From Lachnospiraceae bacterium (GTDB taxonomy: Bacteria; Bacillota; Clostridia; Lachnospirales; Lachnospiraceae): 64,000 nucleotides of DNA. This document shows positions 1 through 8,573 of this stretch, piece after piece. The stretch is from the NCBI GenBank assembly GCA_017424235.1, contig JAFPAQ010000143.1, positions 14,412 through 78,411 on the forward strand, given 5' to 3'. The translations under genes and the position numbers were made by a program. Below the pieces are notes generated by a model. The model was not told the origin of the DNA and did no database searches. It saw only the letters and a program-made list of their open reading frames with translations. The first letter of the stretch is position 1. Every line of letters starts with the position of its first letter.

Positions 1-257
1 GTTTCTGTGTAATAAAAGAAACAAAAGAGATTTTTAAAGTGCCTGTTACAGTGTTGGTTTTATTCTTGTTTTTTGCATTTTGGGTCGTGGTTCCATTATT
101 AATTGTAGGTCTTTTCTTTAATATGAGATATCAGTTTGTGGGACCCAATATGCATTCTGTTGATATTGACATAAACAAGGCAATGGATGCAGCAGCAGAT
201 GCAACAGATAATATCAAAGCAGAATTTAATAATGCTGTTTCAAAGGAAGAAAAATAA
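1..257 (+). CDS. 5'-truncated membrane-anchored protein, probably DUF4342-type C-terminus
   Basis: Frame is open from base 3 (FCVIKETKEIFKVPVTVLVLFLFFAFWVVVPLLIVGLFF...), with one hydrophobic hairpin; stop at 257; the start lies before the window. Confidence 0.55.
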   Translation, partial: FCVIKETKEIFKVPVTVLVLFLFFAFWVVVPLLIVGLFFNMRYQFVGPNMHSVDIDINKAMDAAADATDNIKAEFNNAVSKEEK

Positions 258-273
258 TAAGGTGGAATCGTTA

Positions 274-978
274 ATGGGAAATAGTATTCTTATTGTAGAG
301 GATGAAGAAAAAATCAGCAGATTTTTGGAGCTTGAGCTTAAGCACGAAGGATATTTGGTTGACAAGGCAGCAAATGGAAGAGATGGTCTTGAAAAAGCTA
401 TGACCGGCAAGTTTGATCTTATGGTTTTAGATGTAATGCTTCCTGAATTAAATGGATTTGAAGTATTACGACGTATAAGAAAGTCAGAAAATCAAGTTAT
501 AGGAATGATGCCGATAATTATGCTTACCGCAAGAGATGCAGTCATGGATAAAGTGGCGGGACTTGATGGTGGCGCTGATGACTATATGACGAAGCCTTTT
601 GCGATAGAGGAACTGCTTGCAAGGATACGTCTTGCATTAAAGAAGCGAGAGGTAAGCTCAGCAAAGGAAAAAAGCAGCATTATTGAGTGCAAGGGTCTTA
701 CTATGGATCTGAAAAGATATGAAGTTCGCTATAATGGGGATACTATTGAACTTACACACAGAGAATTTGAAATATTGAAGGTACTGCTTGAAAATAAAAA
801 CATTGTAGTAACGAGAGATACATTACTTGAAAAGGCTTGTGGATATGATTATATGGGTGAAACAAATGTTATTGATGTTTATGTAAGATATCTGAGAAGT
901 AAATTAGATGATGTCTATAATGTCAAGTGGATTCAGACAGTACGTGGAGTAGGATATGTCATTAAGGAGGATAATTAA
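274..978 (+). CDS. OmpR/PhoB-family response regulator (ArlR/MprA-like)
   Basis: ILIVEDE, LDVMLP, MLTA and KPF receiver motifs plus winged-helix tail (VIDVYVRYLRSKL, TVRGVGY); ATG at 274 after aggtgg. Confidence 0.95.
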   Translation: MGNSILIVEDEEKISRFLELELKHEGYLVDKAANGRDGLEKAMTGKFDLMVLDVMLPELNGFEVLRRIRKSENQVIGMMPIIMLTARDAVMDKVAGLDGGADDYMTKPFAIEELLARIRLALKKREVSSAKEKSSIIECKGLTMDLKRYEVRYNGDTIELTHREFEILKVLLENKNIVVTRDTLLEKACGYDYMGETNVIDVYVRYLRSKLDDVYNVKWIQTVRGVGYVIKEDN

Positions 979-1027
979 TGCATATCCTTTCTTTTGATTT
1001 TTATGATTAAATTGGAGTGGATATATT

Positions 1028-2404
1028 TTGGATAATAAGAATATACAGGAACAAAAGAATAAAAAAAATAATCTTTTGAAAGTAAGTTCAATAGCCAGAA
1101 AAATCAGTATTAAAAATGTGTTGCATTTATTTGGTTCCTATTTATGGATGGATGTTCTTTTGGTTATAGGTATGACTGCTTCTTTTGTTTATGGGTTGGA
1201 TTTAAAATTCTTAGGTGATTTTTCGTTGACACGATACAGGTCTTTAGCCATAAATGACTCTATTCATGATATAATATATACCGTAGGATTAAAGGGAGAC
1301 GGTGATTTTTATCAAATTGATATTGGTGAATGGGTGTATATTTTTTCAGTGGCAGGTTGCATTTTTGCAGGACTTCAGATATGGAATCTTTTTAGAGAAT
1401 ATTTTAATGGCGTGAAAAGAGTAAGACATGAACTTAGACCGCTTAATGAACTTGCACTCAAGGCATACCAGCTGAGTAATATTTCGTTTGATGATATTCA
1501 AAAAGATGATAATAAAACTTTTGATAATAAAAAGAATAAAGAAATAAAGATAGATGAGACAAAATACCACAATCTTGAAGATGCGATTACTAGGCTTAAG
1601 GTTGAAAAGCCGGATGCAAAAATTCATGTTAAGGATAAGGAATTGCAGGGAATTGAATCAGCAGTTAATGATCTTCTGGACAGAATGAGAGAGTCATACA
1701 GGCTACAGACTCAGTTTGTATCAGATGCTTCTCATGAACTTAGAACTCCTATTGCCGTTATTCAGGGATATGTTAATATGCTTGACAGATGGGGAAAAGA
1801 TGATGAGGAAGTACTTAATGAATCTATTGAGGCTATAAAAAATGAAGCAAATCATATGCAAAAATTAGTTGAACAGTTATTGTTTTTGGCAAGGGGAGAT
1901 TCTAACAGGCAAAAGCTTGATATGAAAGTACAAAACCTTAATGCAATAATGCAGGAAGTTTTTGAAGAATATTTGATGATTGATGAAAAACATAAATATT
2001 CATTTAAAGAAGAAGGCTGTGCATGGGTGTATGGAGATATTGATATGCTTAAACAGTCTGCGAGAATTCTTATTGATAATTCTGTTAAATACACTTCTGA
2101 GAATGGAAGAATTGATATAAAAGTAGGTGTTAATTTACAGGGGAAAGCTTTTTATAGTGTGCAGGATGAAGGAATTGGTATGTCAGAAAATGATGTACAG
2201 CATATTTTTGACAGATTTTACAGAGCAGATTCGGTGAGAAACAGTAGTACTGGTGGAACCGGTTTGGGACTTGCGATTGCAAAATGGATAGTTGATAAGC
2301 ATGAAGGATATTATGAAATTGTAAGCAGAGAACAGCTTGGGACAAGGATAATTGTGTATTTTGATGCCTGTTCAGAACATGACGATATGGTAAAAAAAGG
2401 ATAA
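1028..2404 (+). CDS. Sensor histidine kinase (2 TM, HAMP-like, HisKA, HATPase)
   Basis: H-box FVSDASHELRTP, N-box ILIDNSVKY, G1 DEGIG, G2 GGTGLGLAI; directly follows the response regulator. Confidence 0.95.
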   Translation: MDNKNIQEQKNKKNNLLKVSSIARKISIKNVLHLFGSYLWMDVLLVIGMTASFVYGLDLKFLGDFSLTRYRSLAINDSIHDIIYTVGLKGDGDFYQIDIGEWVYIFSVAGCIFAGLQIWNLFREYFNGVKRVRHELRPLNELALKAYQLSNISFDDIQKDDNKTFDNKKNKEIKIDETKYHNLEDAITRLKVEKPDAKIHVKDKELQGIESAVNDLLDRMRESYRLQTQFVSDASHELRTPIAVIQGYVNMLDRWGKDDEEVLNESIEAIKNEANHMQKLVEQLLFLARGDSNRQKLDMKVQNLNAIMQEVFEEYLMIDEKHKYSFKEEGCAWVYGDIDMLKQSARILIDNSVKYTSENGRIDIKVGVNLQGKAFYSVQDEGIGMSENDVQHIFDRFYRADSVRNSSTGGTGLGLAIAKWIVDKHEGYYEIVSREQLGTRIIVYFDACSEHDDMVKKG

Positions 2405-2575
2405 AATTTTTGTATTTTTTTATTGTTTTATATTTATGTTGATGTTAAACTATTATCGTTAATCAGATTTAGTATAAAAAAATAATTATACTATTTGCAG
2501 GCAGATTAAGCTAATTTCATTGATTATGATAGTGATGCACAGTAGATAAAATAAACTATGTTCAAGGAGGTACAA

Positions 2576-3652
2576 ATGCATAAGTTATTTGCATGTAAAA
2601 AAGAAAAGAAAGCCACATTAAGTACAAGAATCAAGACTATTGCCATAGCATTTGCGATGTCAGTTATGACGTTAATGCCGACTATGTATACATATGCTGC
2701 ACCACAGGAGGTCGCACAGGCTGCTATTGGTATTGATGTATCTAAATATCAGGGGGTTATTGATTGGAAACAGGTAGCGGCTTCAGGTGTTCAGTTTGCA
2801 ATGATACGTGTAGGATATAGAACACAAAGTGAAGGTATTCTGACAGAAGATCCATTTGCCAGATATAACCTTCAGGAAGCTCAAAAAGCAGGAATAAAAG
2901 TAGGAGTATATTTCTTTTCTACAGCGGTGACAGCTCAGGAAGCAATAGAAGAAGCAGAGTGGACATGTAATTTGATTGATAAGTACAATATTACATTTCC
3001 TGTTGCGTATGACTGTGAAGGATATCTTAAGGCAACAAGCAGACAGTATCCTTTAGACCGAGCTTGCAGAACAGCACTTGCAATTACATTTCTTGATACA
3101 GTAGCGGCAAGAGGATATACACCAATGTTTTATAACTGTAAGAGTTCTATGGATTTTAACAGGGATTGGGATATGTCTGTACTTGCATCCAGATATAAGG
3201 TGTGGGTTGCATCATATCCTGCTGTAACATTTCCGATGATTCCTTGTAATTATGCCGGCGTACATAGTATGTGGCAATATACAAGCAGTGGTGCAGTTGC
3301 AGGTATAATGGGAAATGTAGATATGAATGTTTCTTACTTCAATTATACAGAAATAGCAGCTCCTAAAAATAATTCGGGGGCAACTTTGGTAACTGCTCCA
3401 TCACCGATAGTAGCACCGGTACCAATAGCTCAGATACAGTTTGCAGATGTTAATGAAGTTGTTACAACTACAGCAACAGATTTGAATCTCAGATCTGTTC
3501 CTGATGCATCAAGTGAAAGTACTATTGTTGGTAAGCTTAAGCCTGGTGATATGATGTTTAGAACAGGAATAGGCAATAATGGATGGTCAAGAGTAATTGT
3601 TAACAATCAGATATACTATGTTTCATCTCAGTATCTTACAAAAGTCTTTTAG
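2576..3652 (+). CDS. Secreted GH25 muramidase with C-terminal SH3b domain
   Basis: Signal peptide; GIDVSKYQG, YDCE (DxE), MWQYTSSG, VDMN; SH3b-like LNLRSVPD...NGWSRV; SD aggagg before ATG 2576. Confidence 0.9.
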   Translation: MHKLFACKKEKKATLSTRIKTIAIAFAMSVMTLMPTMYTYAAPQEVAQAAIGIDVSKYQGVIDWKQVAASGVQFAMIRVGYRTQSEGILTEDPFARYNLQEAQKAGIKVGVYFFSTAVTAQEAIEEAEWTCNLIDKYNITFPVAYDCEGYLKATSRQYPLDRACRTALAITFLDTVAARGYTPMFYNCKSSMDFNRDWDMSVLASRYKVWVASYPAVTFPMIPCNYAGVHSMWQYTSSGAVAGIMGNVDMNVSYFNYTEIAAPKNNSGATLVTAPSPIVAPVPIAQIQFADVNEVVTTTATDLNLRSVPDASSESTIVGKLKPGDMMFRTGIGNNGWSRVIVNNQIYYVSSQYLTKVF

Positions 3653-3662
3653 GAGAGTATAA

Positions 3663-4265
3663 ATGAAGTGCAATATATGTGGAGCAGATAACCCAAATGA
3701 TAGTAGATTCTGTTCAGGATGTGGAACTGCGATCAATGCAAATAATAATGGATTTCAGACTAATATTGAATATCAAAACAGTAATAATATAAATAATTTT
3801 GGTATGTATCAAAATGCCAATGGTATTCAGAACTTTGGAATGCCAATGCAAAATAATGGACAATTTTTTGCGAATCAGCAAATTGTAAAATTAAGTAAAA
3901 ATGAGTTTGTTACAGAAAAGTGCAAAGTATATAAAATATTTATGATAATTGAATTAATAGTTTCAGTTTTTGCAAGTCTGTTTACATTATATTCAGTAGT
4001 ACTGGCAAGAGGAAATTATTTTGGATTAATTGATTTTGCTTTGATTTTGTTATTAGGAGTTATTATTTTTTTGACTAATAGCAGGATAGTTTCACTTATA
4101 TATTTTGGATATTCTGTATTTGCTGTTATATATCCATATTGGGTTGATAAAGTGGTTGAAGTTCAGTATGTTATAGCCCTTTGTGCTTCATTATTATGTA
4201 TATTAATTTCATTTTTAATAGGTTTTGCATGGAAGAAATATAGTAAAAACATAAATAGAGGATAA
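3663..4265 (+). CDS. Zinc-ribbon membrane protein
   Basis: N-terminal CNICG...FCSGCG, N/Q-rich linker, four TM segments; SD aggag. Confidence 0.8.
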   Translation: MKCNICGADNPNDSRFCSGCGTAINANNNGFQTNIEYQNSNNINNFGMYQNANGIQNFGMPMQNNGQFFANQQIVKLSKNEFVTEKCKVYKIFMIIELIVSVFASLFTLYSVVLARGNYFGLIDFALILLLGVIIFLTNSRIVSLIYFGYSVFAVIYPYWVDKVVEVQYVIALCASLLCILISFLIGFAWKKYSKNINRG

Positions 4266-4300
4266 AATGGCATAGGGTGTCGTTACATAATTAGAAAGGT

Positions 4301-4675
4301 ATGGTTGCATTTATGAGTAGTTTTAAAGAAAGTCTATATCAGAAAAAAGGTTACATTTATCAGATTGGCAATGATTTTTATGCAATAGGTGCCAATATAT
4401 TTACTAAAGTTACAGACTCTCCGGAAGTTGATAATGTGGAACTTTTAAATAATGCGATAAAAAAGAATAATGAAAGGCAGATTTCTAAGTATTTTGATAA
4501 AATAATACGTCTGGCAAATGCATACAGAGTTGATGCAAAAGAACATTACAGACTTCAGGAAAAACTCTTTGTTTTTATAGATGAACTTGAAAAGAATGAT
4601 AATGAGTCATATATTGAGCTTCAAAAACAGGTATGTTTTTTTGATGAATTGGTTGAAAAATATGGTAATGAATAA
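4301..4675 (+). CDS. Hypothetical protein (start may be ATG 4313)
   Basis: 124-aa ORF with protein-like composition, co-oriented, aaagg upstream. Confidence 0.65.
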   Translation: MVAFMSSFKESLYQKKGYIYQIGNDFYAIGANIFTKVTDSPEVDNVELLNNAIKKNNERQISKYFDKIIRLANAYRVDAKEHYRLQEKLFVFIDELEKNDNESYIELQKQVCFFDELVEKYGNE

Positions 4676-4698
4676 GCATATCTATTGCATTACAAAAA

Positions 4699-4719
4699 TA
4701 GTATGAAAAGAACTTCTAA
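4699..4719 (+). repeat. 21-nt exact copy of the left end of the era-recO structured element
   Basis: TAGTATGAAAAGAACTTCTAA is identical at 4699-4719 and 24935-24955. Confidence 0.75.
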
Positions 4720-4761
4720 TCACTCAAATTAAATTTATATTTTGTCTGGCAGGTAATAATA

Positions 4762-4790
4762 TAGACAAAAATTAATAATTGTGCTATTAT
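4762..4790 (+). promoter_or_regulatory. sigma-A promoter for the tRNA
   Basis: TAGACA-17 nt-TATTAT with extended -10 TG, about 30 nt upstream of the tRNA. Confidence 0.55.
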
Positions 4791-4822
4791 ACCAATGAAG
4801 TTTTATGGTAAATACATTATGT

Positions 4823-4894
4823 GCACCCGTAGTCTAATGGATAGAACGGAGGCCTCCGACGCCTTTAATGCAGGTTCGATTCCTGTCGGGTGCA
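4823..4894 (+). tRNA. tRNA-Arg(CCG)
   Basis: Acceptor GCACCCG/CGGGTGC, D-loop GG, anticodon arm GAGGC-CTCCGAC-GCCTT, T-loop GTTCGATTC; CCA not encoded. Confidence 0.93.
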
Positions 4895-5072
4895 TTTTGC
4901 ATTTTATGATAATTTGTAACTGTTCAGGACGAAGCATTTTCTGCTGAGTCCGTAAGAAAGTGTAGTGATTGCAGGAATCGGGCAATTTTGAATTCGAAGC
5001 ATTGCCCGATTCATCGTAACTATGAAGGTACTGAATAGTTACGATAATTTATATTATTTTGAGGGTAAGAGA

Positions 5073-6632
5073 ATGAGTAGTAGTAAAAAGAAACATCAAG
5101 GTAATGATAAAAAGATTAATATGACTGAAAAAGAATTAGAAAAGACCGACAACACTGTTGATGAAATAAAATCAACAAAAGATGTTATTGAAGAGATTAG
5201 CAAAACAGAGAGTACAACTGAAGCAGTTGTTAGTGGTATAGTTGATAACAGTGATAAAGCAGAAGAAACTGTAAAGCAGGAAGCTGTAAGTGAAACAGTT
5301 GAAAATAAAGAAGAAAAAAATGACAAAGCTGAAAATGAAAAATCAACAGAACAGGAAAAAAATCTGTTTGAGAATATAAAGAATGATATTAAAAATATAT
5401 CTTCAAGTAATACCAGAGAGTTGATTTTGGCTAGTGCCAAGATATTATTGCCAGTCATAGCACTTGCGATAATAATTGCTACTGTTTTTACTTTGGTAAA
5501 AACTAAAAACAGTAATGATAATGCGGTGGAAGCAACAGGTGCTAATGATATTAAAATGTCTAACACAACTTCTACAATAGATGAAGAGCCTTTACAGGAA
5601 AATGCATATAAAAATGTAAATGAACTTTTCGAGAAATTTTATATTGCTCTTGCAGATGGTGATATTGATACGATAAAACAATTAAAAGATTATAATGATG
5701 AGACTGAACTTATTACATATGAGAAAAGAAGTGAATTTATTGAAGCATATGATAATATAAACTGTTATACAAAAAATGGTTTGGAAGAGAATTCCTATTT
5801 TGTATATGTATCTTATGAAGCCAAGATTAAAGGAATAGATACTAAGGCTCCGGGTCTATATCCTTGGTATGTATATACCTCGGAAGATGGTTCTTTATTA
5901 ATTGATGGTAATATGGATGAGCAGATTACAGCGACGTTAAAATTAGTAACGAACCAGGATGATGTAGTAGATTTGTATAACAAAGTAGATGTAAAGTATA
6001 AAGATGCAATTGCAAGTGATGAGAAGCTTAATGAATTTTTGGTTGAATTGCCAACACAAATTAAGGTGTCTGTTGGAGAGGCGCTTGCTATGCTTGAAAC
6101 ACAGGATAATGTTGTGGCAACAGAAGAAGGAGCGCAGCAGGAGTCAGAAGAAAAAGCAACAGACGAAGATGCTAATAAGCCTCAGAATCAAGTAGTAAAT
6201 GAGAGAGTAAAGGCAACAGATACAGTCAATGTAAGATCTTCAGACAGTGAGGAAGCTGATAAGATTGGTAAGGCTCAGGTAGGAACAGAAATGTCACGTA
6301 CTGAGATAAAAGTAAATGGATGGAGTAAGGTCATTTTTGAAGGTAAAGAAGCCTATATTAAGAGTGATTATCTTGAAGTCATTTCATCCGAAGAAGCTGA
6401 AGTAACAGACGAAGATGCTAATAATACAGATAATGCTGGTGTTACAAAGACCAGTGGCAAAGTTATGGCTACAACAAATGTAAATGTAAGAAATGCTGCA
6501 AAACAAACTGCTGATGCAATAGGTGTTGCGCAGGGAGGTACAGAATATACTTTAATAGAGAACTTAGGTGAATGGCTTAAAATTGATTATAATGGTCATG
6601 AAGGTTATGTTAAATCTGAATTTTTTAGATAG
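5073..6632 (+). CDS. Membrane-anchored protein with two C-terminal SH3b domains
   Basis: Acidic N-terminus, single TM (ILLPVIALAIIIATVF), two SH3b repeats (VNVRSS..NGWSKV..YIKSDYL; VNVRNA..EWLKI..YVKSEFF); SD gaggg before ATG 5073. Confidence 0.85.
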   Translation: MSSSKKKHQGNDKKINMTEKELEKTDNTVDEIKSTKDVIEEISKTESTTEAVVSGIVDNSDKAEETVKQEAVSETVENKEEKNDKAENEKSTEQEKNLFENIKNDIKNISSSNTRELILASAKILLPVIALAIIIATVFTLVKTKNSNDNAVEATGANDIKMSNTTSTIDEEPLQENAYKNVNELFEKFYIALADGDIDTIKQLKDYNDETELITYEKRSEFIEAYDNINCYTKNGLEENSYFVYVSYEAKIKGIDTKAPGLYPWYVYTSEDGSLLIDGNMDEQITATLKLVTNQDDVVDLYNKVDVKYKDAIASDEKLNEFLVELPTQIKVSVGEALAMLETQDNVVATEEGAQQESEEKATDEDANKPQNQVVNERVKATDTVNVRSSDSEEADKIGKAQVGTEMSRTEIKVNGWSKVIFEGKEAYIKSDYLEVISSEEAEVTDEDANNTDNAGVTKTSGKVMATTNVNVRNAAKQTADAIGVAQGGTEYTLIENLGEWLKIDYNGHEGYVKSEFFR

Positions 6633-6690
6633 ATTCTGTTGATTAATTATTTGTTTATCAGCTATAATATAATAGTGCTAATTAATTTAA

Positions 6691-6726
6691 CCCATGTGAC
6701 TTGGTAAGTCACATGGGGTTTCATTT
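6691..6726 (+). terminator. Probable intrinsic terminator
   Basis: CCCATGTGACTT-ggt-AAGTCACATGGG stem followed by gtttcattt. Confidence 0.6.
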
Positions 6727-6762
6727 ATGTTATAGGAAATTGTGATGGAAAGGGTGAATAAA

Positions 6763-7803
6763 ATGTTTAAACAAAAGAGAGTGGGAATTTTAGGTACAGG
6801 TGTAATAGCTGCGACTATGGCAGGTACACTTAAAAAAATGAAGAATGTGAAATGCTATGGTGTAGCATCACGTGATGAACAGAGAGCCAGGGATTTTGCT
6901 GAAAAATTTGGTATTAAGGTTTCATATGCTTCTTATGAAGAAATGATGTTGGATGATAAAATAGATTTGGTGTATATCGCAACCCCACATTCAGAGCATT
7001 ATGCTAATATGATTATGTGTATTGAAAATGGAAAGAATGTCTTGTGTGAGAAAGCGTTTACAGTAAATTGTAAGCAGGCACAGGAAGTCTTTGAACTTGC
7101 TAAGATTAAGAATGTTTTTGTTACAGAAGCAATATGGGTAAGATATATGCCAATGCTTACAACTATAAAAGGGATAGTCAATTCAGGAATAATTGGTGAT
7201 ATTACGATGCTTACATGCAATCTTGGATACAATGTTGCACACAAGCAGAGAATGACTGATCCGGCACTTGCAGGAGGAGCATTGTTAGATTTAGGTGTCT
7301 ATACCATTAATTTTGCTTTAATGATGTTTGGAAATGATATTCTCGATATTCATTCTACCTGTACTAAGATTTCGACAGGGGTTGATGCCGCAGAAAGTAT
7401 AACTATTACATTTAAAGATAATAAGATGGCAATACTTAATAATACAATGCTGGGAATGAGTGACAGACGTGGCATAATATATGGAACAGATGGTTATATA
7501 GAGATTGAAAATATAAATAATTTTGAATCAGTTACTGTTTATGATAAAAACAGGAAAGCTGTTAAAAAAGTAAAAGCTCCCAAACAGATTTCAGGATATG
7601 AATACGAAGTATATTCATGCTTTGAGGCAATGGAAAAAGGCAATTTGGAGTGTTGGGAAATGCCACATGAAGAGACCTTGAGGGTTATGAATATTATGGA
7701 TGATATTAGAAAAGAATGGGGCGTAATATATCCAATTGAAAAGGACGATACTGAAAATAGTGTTGTTGATAATCCGGATGAAAAAGTGTCACTGGATAAG
7801 TGA
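6763..7803 (+). CDS. Gfo/Idh/MocA family NAD(P)-dependent oxidoreductase
   Basis: GILGTGVIA, VYIATPHSEH, VLCEKAF, GGALLDLGVY. Confidence 0.93.
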   Translation: MFKQKRVGILGTGVIAATMAGTLKKMKNVKCYGVASRDEQRARDFAEKFGIKVSYASYEEMMLDDKIDLVYIATPHSEHYANMIMCIENGKNVLCEKAFTVNCKQAQEVFELAKIKNVFVTEAIWVRYMPMLTTIKGIVNSGIIGDITMLTCNLGYNVAHKQRMTDPALAGGALLDLGVYTINFALMMFGNDILDIHSTCTKISTGVDAAESITITFKDNKMAILNNTMLGMSDRRGIIYGTDGYIEIENINNFESVTVYDKNRKAVKKVKAPKQISGYEYEVYSCFEAMEKGNLECWEMPHEETLRVMNIMDDIRKEWGVIYPIEKDDTENSVVDNPDEKVSLDK

Positions 7804-7828
7804 GAAAGATGATTAAGAAGGGAAGATT

Positions 7829-8539
7829 ATGGTCAGAATAAATAAATATCTTGCTGATTGTGGTATTTGTTCGCGTAGGGAAGCTGACAAGTATATTGAC
7901 AGTGGTAAGGTAAAGATAAATGGACAGATAGCTAAGAGTGGAATGCAGGTAGATGATAAGGATATTGTTGAGTTTGACGGAAAACAAATTCGTTCTTTGG
8001 AATCAAAGGTTGTGCTTGCATATTATAAACCTATAGGAGTTACCTGTACAGAAAAGGATAAACATGCGAAAAAGACCATAGTTGATGCAATAAAATATCC
8101 GGTTCGCCTTACATATGCGGGCAGACTGGACAAAGATTCTGAAGGCTTGATTATAATGACAAATGACGGAGAACTTATTAATAATATGATGAGAGGGGCA
8201 AACCGTCATGAAAAGGAATATATAGTTAAGGTTGATAGAACAATAAATCCTGAGTTTGTTGAGAAGATGTCTAAGGGAGTATTTTTAAAGGATTTGTCAC
8301 AGACTACAAGACCTTGTGAGGTTGAAATTATAGGGAAAAATACATTTAAAATAATTCTTACTCAGGGACTTAACAGACAGATAAGAAGAATGTGCCAGAC
8401 TCTTGGATATAATGTAAAATCGTTAAAGAGAATAAGAGTAGTTAATATAGAACTGAAGAACATAAGAAGTGGTGAATATAGAGAGATTAAGGGAGAAGAA
8501 CTTAGAAACCTGTATGCTAAATGTGGTATGAATAAATAG
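7829..8539 (+). CDS. rRNA pseudouridine synthase (RsuA/RluF family) with S4 domain
   Basis: RINKYLA..CSRREAD, GRLDKDSEGL, QGLNRQIRRM. Confidence 0.93.
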   Translation: MVRINKYLADCGICSRREADKYIDSGKVKINGQIAKSGMQVDDKDIVEFDGKQIRSLESKVVLAYYKPIGVTCTEKDKHAKKTIVDAIKYPVRLTYAGRLDKDSEGLIIMTNDGELINNMMRGANRHEKEYIVKVDRTINPEFVEKMSKGVFLKDLSQTTRPCEVEIIGKNTFKIILTQGLNRQIRRMCQTLGYNVKSLKRIRVVNIELKNIRSGEYREIKGEELRNLYAKCGMNK

Positions 8540-8573
8540 CAAAAGATGGTTTTCAAGAATGTGGAGGAAATTA

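Noticed and set aside
187-273. N-terminal extension of the response regulator in the ORF track
   Set aside because: Overlaps the upstream gene; the receiver domain and SD fit ATG 274
4803-4985. 60-aa minus-strand ORF
   Set aside because: Antisense to the tRNA; shadow ORF
4676-5072. Possible integrative element at the tRNA-Arg
   Set aside because: No integrase, no duplicated tRNA 3' end seen, and neighbouring genes look like core genes
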